Origin: Neophaeotheca triangularis
Lineage: Eukaryota
Direction of reading: 5' to 3'
DNA: 64,000 bases
NCBI GenBank assembly: GCA_054600435.1
Contig: BAAIJX010000020.1
Coordinates: forward strand, 186,001 to 250,000
The translations under genes and the position numbers were made by a program. The notes under the pieces are model-generated. The model worked only from the letters and a program-made list of their open reading frames with translations. It was not told the DNA's origin and searched no databases. Shown piece by piece: positions 46,398 to 57,493 of this stretch; the stretch's first letter is position 1; each line of letters begins with the position of its first letter.

Positions 46398-47548
46398 TCG
46401 CTCAAATTTACAGTGAGCGGCTTCCATTCATGCCAGTTTAACTTTCTGCCTCTCTTCTTCGACCAAGCAAGCGACTACTGCGCCCTATTTTAATACCCCC
46501 TTTTTCTTCAACGCGTGCGATTTCAATCACGACAGACGGTGCGAAAGCACAGTCGCTAAAAAGTCTCCCTTCCACGCCGGCGATCCCTCCCCCTATGCCA
46601 AGACCGTCTGGGCCTTCTTTCGATGACTGGTACTTGGCGCACGCCTGTGTGTCGCGATCAGCAAGGCCCCAGCATCGCACGGCCATCACTGGTCCCGTAA
46701 GCCGTGTGTGGTCTTGGACCTGACCTCGCTGGCCTCTTGTCCTTTCTTCTGTGTGTGTCCTTTTTTATCTTTTTTTTTCATTGTTGGTTTCATTTGGGTT
46801 TCCAGCTGGCCCAAAATGGTGCTGAGGCACAAGAAGGGGAAGGGGCGTGTTTACGAATGTGTATGATTTTATCTGAGGCTTGGGGTGTGCGAGGGTCGTG
46901 GGATGGCAAGGGGGACGAGGGCCAGCTCCAGACTGGCCGCTGACCGCCGAGTTTGAAGCGGAGAGGGGGGTTTCTGTTTGTTCTTGGGGGCTTAAGGGGG
47001 AGGGGGTGGTTTTGTTTGTTGGGTCGGATTGGGTTGGTGGGTACGAGTGAAGAGGGGGGGTTTTGTTATACCACTTTTGCGTTTTTGGGACTAGAGGGGA
47101 GAGGGGAGGGGGTTGTGTAGAATAGTGACTCCAGTGCGCGATGGAGGGAGGGAGTGAGGGACGCTGTGTAGTTTTACATTTTTTGAAGTTTCGAGACTTT
47201 CTTTTACTGTTGAGATAGGTGTGATTTTTTTGTTTTTTCGTTTGCTACTCTCCCCTCGCTGTCGATGACCCTGATCAATCTTACGGGTGGCGTGAAGTTG
47301 ATATCTCGCCCATGAAGATGTCTTTCATCGTTGGGAGCTTTTGAGGTCTTCTTAGTAGCGTGGTACACTGTACGCAAAAGGGATGCACCGTACCTAGGTA
47401 CCCGACATCTCGAGACGTCCACTGGTGTGTGGCATCTTCGGCAGTTGACGGAACGAAGCGAAGCGTCAGTCAGGGCAGCCGAGTTTTTGGCCCCCACCAA
47501 CAATTGAATTGCACCACCGGACTGGTGGACTCATAATAATAAAGTAAA

Positions 47549-47555
47549 GAGTCAT
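47549..47555 (-). promoter_or_regulatory. Gcn4/CpcA-type element (ATGACTC) upstream of aspartate kinase
   Basis: GAGTCAT about 185 bp upstream of the HOM3 ATG, with another TGACTC at ~47126. Consistent with cross-pathway control of amino-acid genes. Confidence 0.4.
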
Positions 47556-47734
47556 CTTTTGACTGTACGCTATATCCACCTTATAAACTACTACACGGCT
47601 ACGGATACATAAACGAGCACACACACTCACAACAGCACTGCGCATACACACACACAGACACCTCATCGGCCTCTTGCGATTTTGGCGGACGAATATCCCA
47701 ATCTCGACACACCAAGTTCCTCGACGAAGTAAAA

Positions 47735-49503
47735 ATGACTTCCACACAACTCCCCAACGGCTACCAAATACCGCACCAACCCGAACGCAACCTCCCCGGC
47801 GGCGGCAACTGGGTGGTGCAAAAATTCGGCGGAACGAGCGTGGGCAAAGTCGCCGAGAAGATTGTTAGGGATATTGTTGCGTGAGTGCTCCCGAGACGAT
47901 AGCGTAGAGGATGAACGGGATGTTCGGGTCTAGAGGCGGTAGTATATGTATATATGAGGAGCGAGGCAGTTCATTGCTGACTTCTAGCTTCTGCAGCGCA
48001 GGTCTTCGCGAGCGCAACGGCCCCAACGGCGAACAGCAACGCATCGCCGTCGTCTGCTCGGCTCGCAGCACCCACACTAAATCCGAGGGCACGACCAACC
48101 GGCTTCTGCGCGCGGCCCGCCACGTGCTGGAGGATGAACCCGGCAGTCGCACTTACGTCGACCTTGTGGAAGCGATCCGCGTCGACCATGTCCGCGCCGG
48201 CGAGGAGGCCGTTCGCGGTGAGCACGGCAAGGCCATCCTCGAGCAGTATGTGCGCGACGTCAATGAGGAGAGTTATCGCCTGCTGAGGGTGCTGGAGAGC
48301 GCGCAGTACCTGAAGGCTGTGACGCCGCAGACCAAGGATATGGTTATGGCGGTGGGCGAGAAGTTGAGCTGCTTGTATGTCACGGCTTTGCTCAAGGATG
48401 CCGGCGTCGAGGCCGCGTATGTGGATTTGAGCGAGGTTGTCACTTTTACCGACGACAAAAAGGGGGTTTCGGACGATTTTTACCGCAACTTGTCCGTCGC
48501 GCTCGCCGAGCGTATTGCTGCTCTCGCGCCTACTGCCGTGCCCGTCGTTACTGGGTACTTTGGACCCGTCCCGGGCGGGCTGCTCGAGCAGATAGGCCGG
48601 GGCTACACGGACCTGTGCGCCGCTCTTTGCGCCGTCGGCCTGAAAGCCAGGGAATTGCAAATCTGGAAGGAAGTCGACGGCATCTTCACGGCGGACCCGC
48701 GCAAAGTACCCACGGCGCGTCTCCTGGACTCAGTCACGCCCTCGGAAGCCGCCGAACTGACTTTTTACGGTTCGGAAGTCATCCACCCCTTCACTATGGA
48801 CCAAGTGATCCGCGCGGCAATCCCAATCCGCATCAAGAACGTCCTCAACCCGCGCAACGCCGGCACCGTCATCCTCCCAGACCCAACCGACACGCTGCTA
48901 TCCCAAAAATCCGCCAAAACAAACGGCGCCCTGATCCGCAATCGCAGCACGAGCAATCTACCCTCCCACCCTTCCTCACCCGCCCACAACGCCCCTAAAC
49001 ACCCCAAACGCCCCACAGCCGTAACCATCAAACGCGGTATCACGGTGCTAAACGTGCACAGCAAAAAACGCACCCGCGCGCACGGCTTCCTCATGTCCAT
49101 CTTCCTAATTCTCGACCGCCACCACCTCTCCGTCGACCTCATCTCGTCGTCCGAAGTCCACGTCTCCATGGCGCTGCACTCCGAATCCTCGCTCCTGTCC
49201 GGCAGCGAAGAAGACGTGCGCATCGCTTCCAGCTCGCTCGCCGGCGCTGTCGAGGACCTCAGCCAATGGGGCGACGTCGACCTCGTGCCCGGCATGGCCA
49301 TCATCAGTCTCGTGGGCAGGCAGTTGCGGTCCATGGTCGGCATCAGCGGGAGGTTCTTCAGCACGCTTGGCGAGCAGGGTATCAATATCGAGATGATTAG
49401 TCAGGGCGCTAGTGAGATCAATATCAGTTGCGTTATCGAGGAGCGTGAGGCTGGGAGGGCGTTGAATGTCGTTCATACTAATTTGTTTACGTTTTTGGAG
49501 TAG
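47735..49503 (+). CDS. HOM3: Aspartate kinase; intron 47881-47996 (an alternative in-frame acceptor lies at 47987)
   Basis: WVVQKFGGTSVGK, AVVCSARS...GTTNRLL, GRGYTDLCAAL, IWKEVDGIFTADPRKV, EAAELTFYGSEVIHP, and C-terminal ACT domains (ISQGASEINISCVI). Confidence 0.96.
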
Positions 49504-50163
49504 AGATAGATGGCTTGTTGTGCGGGTCCTTTTGGTGGGGAGGGGGAGAGGAGTGCGTTTGGAGCCGGGGGGTTTTCTTCCTTTCTCTTTTGCCCTTTGG
49601 CGTGGAGTGGGTGTTTTTGGTTACTAGATTCGGGGGGATTTCTGATGCGGTGCGGGTTTGAGCGGCATGGGAGGGGGGAAAAAGGGTGGATTTGAGGGTA
49701 GGACGATTTGACGGGTAGACATGTACTCACTCAGGGTATGTAGAGGCGGGGTGTCGGAAGAGAGGTCGAGGGAAGCAGACAAGGCGAAGGAAAAAAAAAG
49801 GGCATAGAATAAGGGAGGGTGCGAAGGCATTTCTATTGAGAGAATAGGAGAGCAACACTCGACGACTGTGATGAGGAGAGTGGTGCAGGTGCAGGTGCAG
49901 GTAGCAATCAATGCAAAACCAGTACGGATTCTCGGAGACTTTCTCTCCGTAAGCGTAACCGTAGCGGGACTTGCTTCGCCTTGTGGACAGACAGACCGGT
50001 ATGGCGTTACTACGATTACTGCGTTCACTGCTGCGGCTGCTGCTCTCAGCCATCCACGCGCATTCCCTTCCCTGTCGCCAACAACAATCTACACCTCTTT
50101 TGCCCTCCAAAGGCCGAAAATCAGAAACACCCCAAAAAGAGGAAAAAAAAAAAAAGAAAATCA

Positions 50164-53100
50164 TCACATGACCGAACACCTCTCCTCCGCATCCCTTACT
50201 CCCGCAGCCCCGGTCCCACCACCCCCTTGACCCTGTCCCCCGTACCCGCCGTTACCGAGGCCCTGTCCACTCCTCCTCCTCCCCATTCCCTGCCCACTCC
50301 CATTCCCATTCCCATTCCCAAGCCCCTGCTGCTGCGCCCGCAAAGCCTCATAAGCCCCCAACGCATCCCCCTGCCCCACACTCCCATTCCCATTGCCAGG
50401 TACAGATGGCGCCTGCGCTTGCGAGCCCGGGCGATAAGGCCGATCTTGCCAAGCTTGGTCGTAGCTAGGGGGTGGGAGATCTGTGCCTTCTTCGCCGGCT
50501 GGGGCGCCCGTGGGAGCTCCCGTGGTGACTGTGGAAGCGGCCGGGGGAGGGGAAGTGGGCGGGCGTGCGGAAGTGCGGCGGGGAGGGATGATGGGTGGGC
50601 GCTCAGGGGTGCCGGCGGCGGTGTTGCTGGAGGTGGATGGGCGAGGGGGTTGGGCTGGGGGGTTGGTGGGGGAAGTGCTGCTGGTGTTGTTTGGGTTGGG
50701 ATTTGTGGATTCGCGCTCGAGGTATTGTTCGCTTAGTTCGGCTTCGCGGCGGCGTTGGGCCGAGGCTTGGCGGTTGCGGTCTTCTTCCTCTTCTTGCAGT
50801 TGCAGGGCTAAGGCTAGGTCGTGATCTTCTTGTTCGGCGGCGCTGGTGGGAGGTGGAGGTGTGGTTGTGGCGTTGGAGGCGGGTTGTCGTTGGTCGGGTC
50901 GGGGACCCGGGAGGGCTGGTGCGGTCTCGGTGTTGGAAGAGTGAGAGGGAGGAGGACCGGGTGGAGGCGCGAATTGTTGTTGCTCGCTGGAGTGTTGGTT
51001 TTGGCGGTTGCGGTTTGGGGATGAGGGGACGGTTTGCCAGCCTTCGTCGCCTCCGGCGGAGCTGTTTTGGTTGAGTCGAGCATCGTCGTTGTGGCTTACT
51101 GTGCGGAAGTCGCCGCTGAAGAGTTCGGACGCTGCGCCGTTGACGTCTACCAGGCTTTCCCACACGATTTCGGCATGGCTCGAGTAGCCTGCGTCTGTCA
51201 CTAAAGTCATTAGTGCGCCATGTCGAGGTTCTTTGTAGATTGTGCTGAAATGATCGTTGCGGAAGAGGATGGCGATTTGGCCGGGACGGAGAGAAGTGTT
51301 AATACTGTTCAGGCCGTGATCGGTAAGTTGAGTAGGCCAATTTGTTAGGAATTGCTTGATGGTTTGAATGTCCTGCAACTGCTGGGTTTCCTGCTCAGAA
51401 AGTCCGACAGTCTCCAGCTTTTGTTCGAGATCGGGCAAGGCAAATTGTATGTTCTGCGCGTCTTCAAAGGTGGGTGCACTTCGTTCAAAGGCGGTGTAAG
51501 CCGGTGTGCCCTTTGGTGTGGTCCAACCGTGCAATAAAGGGATGCTGAAAGTGCTATACAACTCCATCTCCTTCGTCTCTTCGAAGCATCCGGGCTTGTT
51601 CTGCGCTCGGTGAATTGGGTGGATTCCGTCGCTTCCAGCCGGATGTCCGTCAAAAGACCCTCGAGGGGCATTCACCGGCGTCACAAAGCGAGGATTGACA
51701 TTCATCCCAGTGTGTAACGTGACTAAGAATGAGTACAGTTCCGATACATCCGGCAACTCGGTGGCAGTGTCCCCTCGCCTGCCCGACATCAGTTCGTCAA
51801 AGACTGCGTCGAGTAGCAAGCCGAGACTAACCTGCTCACGAGTACGCAGTGTCTCGACCAATGCTGTATCGAGCGACTTGGGAGTGCTCAAGACTAATGC
51901 ATTCACCAGAGCAAGTAAAGGACATGGTCCATTTTCATTCTGAGTAAGTATTGGAGACTGGCGCATTTCTGACGATCCGCTGATTGATTGGTCGAGCCAA
52001 TTGATGTGTTTGATTTGGTAGTGTTCATTTTTCTGTCTCTGGAGATGTGTATTAGGCGTCTCGGGGGCAGTGTTTGCTGAGCGCGGGTCAGAAGGTTGCG
52101 CAATAGAAACGTCTGCAGGTCTGTGGGTTTGTGGAGGTTCTGACTCTTGCACTGGTGCGAACGGCGGAGGTTGCTCGGGAGTCGGCTCGTCATCCATAAG
52201 ATTGTGTGGGGGCTGCGATGGAGTTTGGGTTTGAGGTGATGGAGGGGCTCGAGGAGGCGCATGATGCTGGTCTCCCGGGTAAAGTGGTGTCTGGGGGAGT
52301 GTTGTTGATGAACCCCAAGCATCGTCCGTAGGGTATGGTAGCTGATTCGAAGACTGGCGAGGCGCATGATTATCGCCCCATTTATCCTGAGCTGTCGGTT
52401 GCTGTTGCTGCCAGGGGTTGGGGTTGTTCGCGTTCTCCTCTGGATATGGCGGCTGACCCTGTTGCGGTACAGGCAGTACTTCCGCCGTATAGTACGATCC
52501 CCTTGGATAGGACTGTTCGTTGTTATTCAATGACATGGCTGACATTTCCTCATTAGGTGTATGAGCAGTTGGCAGCTCAGCTGGCTCTGCTTGCGATGGT
52601 GGTTGCGGTGGTCGAACATCCGGCTGCGGAGGCGGCGCAATGGGCACATCTCCCCAGATTGACTGGCCGCTATCAGTCTCTTGTAGCTGAGGACGCTGTT
52701 GCTTGTAGGGAAGATAGGGGTTGTTCGACTCCATACGGCCACCTTGCTGCTGTTGCGATTGCGGCGCATTCTGACTACTCGCCCATGGGTTACTCTTCAT
52801 TTGATCCTCGTACGAACCAGCATCTTGCGGCCTCCCTTCAGATGGCTCAGCTGGGCCAGGCCTCAGTATCGCCGGTAGTTCGCTGTTCTCCTGCTTCTTT
52901 GCACCTTCATCTGCCCCTTGTTGTCCAGGAGCAGGTCTCAGCGACTTTGGGATCTCGCTCTCGTCAGGCTTATCCCACTCGTCGGAGTCGTCGGAATCCC
53001 AAGTGCCATTCGTCGAGACGCTTTCTCTTCTTTCCTTTGACCGCGCCTCATCCATTCCAATCAGATCGAATGCCGGGGAGCGTGCCAGGTCTGGGGAGTA

Positions 53101-53235
53101 GACATTGTTGGTGTTGTCGGCGGGCTTGGTGGAGGAATCGATTGGAGTGACGGGGTAGGGTAGGGAGGGTTTGTTGCCGGAGTCGGTGTTTGTGTCGACC
53201 TTTTGGCCACTGCCTACGGGTTTGCGTGAGACCAT
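50164..53235 (-). CDS. MINDY-family (FAM63 / Miy1-2-like) deubiquitinase with a MIU motif and C-terminal CaaX
   Basis: QNENGPCPLLALVNAL (catalytic Cys), FRNDHFST (catalytic His), LVTDAGY...IVWESL, EQEDHDLALALQLQEEE (MIU) and a terminal CSVM. First ATG at 53235 (MVSRKPV). Confidence 0.92.
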   Translation of the reverse strand: MVSRKPVGSGQKVDTNTDSGNKPSLPYPVTPIDSSTKPADNTNNVYSPDLARSPAFDLIGMDEARSKERRESVSTNGTWDSDDSDEWDKPDESEIPKSLRPAPGQQGADEGAKKQENSELPAILRPGPAEPSEGRPQDAGSYEDQMKSNPWASSQNAPQSQQQQGGRMESNNPYLPYKQQRPQLQETDSGQSIWGDVPIAPPPQPDVRPPQPPSQAEPAELPTAHTPNEEMSAMSLNNNEQSYPRGSYYTAEVLPVPQQGQPPYPEENANNPNPWQQQQPTAQDKWGDNHAPRQSSNQLPYPTDDAWGSSTTLPQTPLYPGDQHHAPPRAPPSPQTQTPSQPPHNLMDDEPTPEQPPPFAPVQESEPPQTHRPADVSIAQPSDPRSANTAPETPNTHLQRQKNEHYQIKHINWLDQSISGSSEMRQSPILTQNENGPCPLLALVNALVLSTPKSLDTALVETLRTREQVSLGLLLDAVFDELMSGRRGDTATELPDVSELYSFLVTLHTGMNVNPRFVTPVNAPRGSFDGHPAGSDGIHPIHRAQNKPGCFEETKEMELYSTFSIPLLHGWTTPKGTPAYTAFERSAPTFEDAQNIQFALPDLEQKLETVGLSEQETQQLQDIQTIKQFLTNWPTQLTDHGLNSINTSLRPGQIAILFRNDHFSTIYKEPRHGALMTLVTDAGYSSHAEIVWESLVDVNGAASELFSGDFRTVSHNDDARLNQNSSAGGDEGWQTVPSSPNRNRQNQHSSEQQQFAPPPGPPPSHSSNTETAPALPGPRPDQRQPASNATTTPPPPTSAAEQEDHDLALALQLQEEEEDRNRQASAQRRREAELSEQYLERESTNPNPNNTSSTSPTNPPAQPPRPSTSSNTAAGTPERPPIIPPRRTSARPPTSPPPAASTVTTGAPTGAPAGEEGTDLPPPSYDQAWQDRPYRPGSQAQAPSVPGNGNGSVGQGDALGAYEALRAQQQGLGNGNGNGSGQGMGRRRSGQGLGNGGYGGQGQGGGGTGAAGVRDAEERCSVM

Positions 53236-54068
53236 GGCTGGCAGTGGTCGTTCGTGTCTTGTTCTTGTTAAATTTGTCGCGCGCTTGGTAGCTCTGTCTC
53301 GGATGGGGTGTGATTGCCAAGCTCCTGAGGTTTCCAAGCTGGCAGTGGTAGTGGTAGTTGGTGTACCGAGTTGCGACGCTCCAAGCACTACTGTACGTAC
53401 GTACGTGAACGAGGAAACGCCGCGTTATCCAAATCGATGGCGAGCGCTAGAGACGAGTCTCAGGTCGGGTATGAGGATGCTAAAGAGGAAGGAGCGAGGT
53501 AACACGATCAGGCCGGTTCTTACCTTCTTTACTACATAGCAGTATTACCTGCCCTGCTAATAAGTAATGGAAGTATCTACCTTATCTTACCTTACCCACG
53601 CTTACCCAGGGCACGCAGTTGATCATTCGCACTGCGCCACACCTCGTCACTGCAGTGGCTGTGCGGCGGAAGAACATGTCAGCCACCTCCGCATCTCGGG
53701 ATTCTCGTGCTTGGATCCGACAATCGATAAGCCGCACGAGGGGTAATCGAGGGGCTGCCCACGGGCGCCTCTGTGCCGCAATGTAAACAGCAAACCTCCT
53801 TTCCCATCACTCCACCTTGTCGGCATCGAAATGAGCTAGCCTATTGAGGAAGGCATGTCGATTGCAAGGCGAGGTTGAGATATTGAGAATGTGTTGCAGC
53901 AACGTAGCCAAGACAGGTCAAATACGGTAGCAACCTCATCCTGCAGCAGCTTCGCGGCTCTCGATAAAAAAGTTTCCTTCAACTTCATACTATCATTCCT
54001 GCAACTTCATACATTCCCTCTTCGGTATAACCCCCCCACCAACCTGAACACATACGACACAGTCCATC

Positions 54069-55423
54069 ATGTCACAACTCCGCATCCTCCTCGTCGGCAA
54101 CGGCGGCCGCGAACACACTCTCGCCTGGAAACTAGCCCAATCCGAGCGCGTCGAGAGTATCCACGTCGTCCCGGGCAATGGAGGAACTGCGCGGTAAGCA
54201 AACCCACCCCCACCCCGTAAACCACCACAACCCTCATCTAATCAACCATCTCTCCCTCCAGCGTCCCCAAAACAACCAACCACCCCACCGTCTCCGCCTC
54301 GGATTTCCCCGCCCTAGTAACCCACGCCCGCACCCACAACCTCAACCTCCTAATCCCCGGCCCCGAAGCCCCCCTAGTCGCAGGCATAACCGACACCTTC
54401 ACCTCTCAGCTGCCCTCCTGCGCCGTCTTCGGGCCTTCAGCCGCCGCCGCGCGCCTCGAGGGCTCCAAGACTTATGCGAAAAACTTCATGGCGCGGCACT
54501 CGATCCCGACGGCGAGGTACGAGAATTTCACGGATTTCGAGAGCGCGGCTGCCCACGTTGAGGCCGTGGATTATCCCGTTGTTATCAAAGCTGATGGACT
54601 GGCGGGGGGAAAGGGCGTCATCATCCCCCAGGATAAAGGAGAGGCGAAGCAGGCTCTGAAGGATATCTTGCTCAGTCGGGAGTTCGGGGAAGCGGGCGAT
54701 GCGGTCGTCGTGGAGGAATTGCTGGTTGGTGAGGAAGTGAGTATCCTCTCGCTTAGCGACGGCCGGTCTTTGCGCTCTCTGCCTGCTGCGCAAGACCACA
54801 AGCGTATTGGTGACGGCGACACGGGTCCCAATACCGGCGGGATGGGGACGTACGCGCCCACGCCGCTGGTTTCGGCCGAGCAGTTGCGGGAGATTGAGAG
54901 GTTTGTGTTGCAGCCGACGATTGACGGGTTGAGAGCCGAGGGGATGGGGTTTGTCGGGTGTCTTTTTACCGGGTTCATGATGACGAAGGATGGGCCGAGG
55001 GTTTTGGAGTATAATGTGCGTTTCGGGGATCCGGAGACGCAGAGTTGTTTGCCGCTTTTGGAGAGTGATTTGGCCGAGTTGATGGTGGCGTGTTGTGAGG
55101 GCAGTTTGGGGGGGAGGGAGATGAAGGTTAGTGGGCGTAGTGCTTGTACCGTTGTTGTCGCCGCCGAGGGGTATCCTGGGAGTTATAAGAAGGGGACTGA
55201 GATGGTAGTGCAGGAGCCGAGCGAGGAGGGGGTGCATGTTTTTCATGCTGGGACTGATGAGAAGGGGGGTAAGCTTGTCACCACGGGTGGGAGAGTTGCC
55301 GCTGTTACTGCTACCGGAGCTGGGCTGAAAGAGGCGGTCGATAGGTGTTATGCGAACATGGGGTTGGTGGGATTCGAGGGGATGCAGTACAGGCGGGACA
55401 TCGCTGCTAGGGCTTTAAAGTAG
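54069..55423 (+). CDS. Phosphoribosylamine-glycine ligase (GAR synthetase, PurD/Ade5 domain only); intron 54194-54261
   Basis: LVGNGGREHTLAWKL, PGNGGT, GPEAPLVAG, ARLEGSK, KADGLAGGKGV, QDHKRIGDGDTGPNTGGMG, LEYNVRFGDPETQ, VFHAGT and YRRDIA, with a stop directly after the GARS C-domain. Confidence 0.95.
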
Positions 55424-56435
55424 GAACAGTCGGGGGGCGGCGGAAACTTCAAACTTTGCAAATTGACATTGTCAAGCGCTGATAGACCTTCAAGCTGATC
55501 AGGGTTACACCCATCCATCATCTCGCCTTAAAGGCGTCCCACATTCGGCCTCGATCGAGGCCCCGACCAGGCTTACCATTCCCGGCCCTAGTAGATGCAA
55601 GCATATAACACCAGCAAAGCGTTAAAAAGACACAAGCCCATAAAGACGTGAGCACACAAAAGAGAGCGACAACGATTAAGCTGAGAACAACCTGTAGCAG
55701 CGCTTCGCCAACGTAACGCGCACAAACGTGGCCCAGTACCTCGTTCAAAGTTGCCCCGAGCTCGGAGTTAAGCGCATCGACTTAGAAAAGGTGAGCGTCG
55801 TCGATTGCCATGGGAGAAGCTTTCTAGCTTAATGCTAAGAAGCCCGTGATGCCGTAACTGAAGTCGAAGACGAGTTCGACTGCGGAAGTGCAGGCTGGGA
55901 CAGTTGTGGTGGAATGATCGTGCACTAGGCAGCCCTTGTGCCAGTCGCAATGGAGAGATGGGTGGGAATGGGGGCGGCGGTATTCCATGGTCTGTTTTGC
56001 TACAGTATTGGGTCGGAACTGTTATTGTTACAAGCCGAGTCGTTGGTGATCGGACCCGAGAGGAGGTATTTGCATGCGCAGGGGAATGGGTCCTGATATT
56101 GCAGCGAGGAGGCAAAGGCGACAAGCTTTCAGTCGTTCGTGAGAAATGTCTTCAACGCTTAGCTGGTGGGAAGAAGGAACAAGGCCGCCTGTTTAGGTGG
56201 GTTGAGCAAAGGATCCACTTGTTCGTCAACCCAAGTCTTTCCCGGAGCTAGGCAGAACAATGGCCAATTTGACGGCCGGGGAGAACTTGTGGATTTGACT
56301 TTCTCCTGTCGAGCACTCTCCGTGATTAGCAGAGGCACAAGAAAACATTTTGAAGAAAACCACGCTTAGTACCATCGAACACCACCAAGCTGCACAGCCT
56401 CCCTAGACACGTACCCAGGTCTCAAACCCTCAGTC

Positions 56436-56840
56436 TCAATCCGCCAGAGCTTCAACAAAGAACATCCACACCGCAAACATAAAACGCCCCGAAACGATGT
56501 GCAGCGGCGCCAAAAGCAGCACATCCGCCTCAGGGATAGTCTCCCACACCTCATCCGCGACCTGCAGTACCCAAGCCCCCAACAAGCAGGCCCCACCCTT
56601 TTCGAAGCAGAAGCGACTTGCTGTGTCGATTGTGGCGAAGATGGCGAGATCGCCGAGGAAGTGCTTCAAGGGGCGCATCAAGCGGATGCCTCCGGTGTAG
56701 AGATCTATGAGGCCGAGGAAGAGGATCCAGGGGTTTTAGATCGCGAGTTCGCGGGAAGGGTCGTGGAGTTGGAGGATGCAGTCGAGTGGGCGGCCGCAAC
56801 TTGTGGGTGGTGCGGGTGGTTCGGGGCTTGAGGGGTCCAT
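56436..56840 (-). pseudogene. Interrupted small ORF (in-frame TAA at 56738-56736)
   Basis: The ATG at 56840 reads MDPSSPEPP...SRELAI*NPWILFLGLIDLYTGGIRLMRPLKHFLGDLAIFATIDTASRFCFE...VADEVWETIPEADVLLLAPL in one frame, with gene-like codon composition on both sides of the stop. Confidence 0.5.
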
Positions 56841-57493
56841 GTTGAGCTGCTTCTCAGTGTTTGTAGAGATGTTTGTAGAGTTGTCGGGATGGTGGTTGTT
56901 GTCTAGGAAAGAGGGAGTGGTGAACAGTCAGCGGGGTTGACTTCGGTGGAGGCACGGTGAACTTGAAGATAGTAGCGGCAGTATTGCCAGGCGGCTGTTG
57001 TTAGTTCATCCATGCTGACCCCTGACTTCACTTCCCTTCACTTCACCCCGCCCTTTGCGCGCACCGTTCACTCAGTGCACCGTGCCACCATCATCGGACC
57101 TTAGTGACACCGCAACACCCGCGCTAGCTGAGGGTTGCACTCTGCCAAGCCAAACGCCCCCTTGTTTTTTCGAGCACTACTCAGAAACTACATCTCGATC
57201 AATACTAAGCCAAAACAAACGACATTCGAACCCAGGATCTTGGTGAGTATTTCCAAAGTCCTAGAAATGTCAGAATCGGATATGCGAGCACTATCGCATG
57301 ATCGTAGCCACAAGGGAGAAACAAAATGAAGAGAAAAGGGCCGTGAAAGCAATGGCACAAAGAACCTGCAAATCCGCCAACATGTCTGTCGTAGGCTCAC
57401 GACCGCGGAGTTCGCGAATTCGCATAACAAGACCAAGTCCAACGACTAAGCCCGAACCCCCTCCTCCCCCGTCTCTGCCGCAGACTTCTCCCA

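Noticed and set aside
53236..53388. N-terminal extension of the MINDY ORF from a non-ATG start
   Set aside because: It appears to be an artefact of alternative start codons in the ORF track. The first ATG is at 53235.
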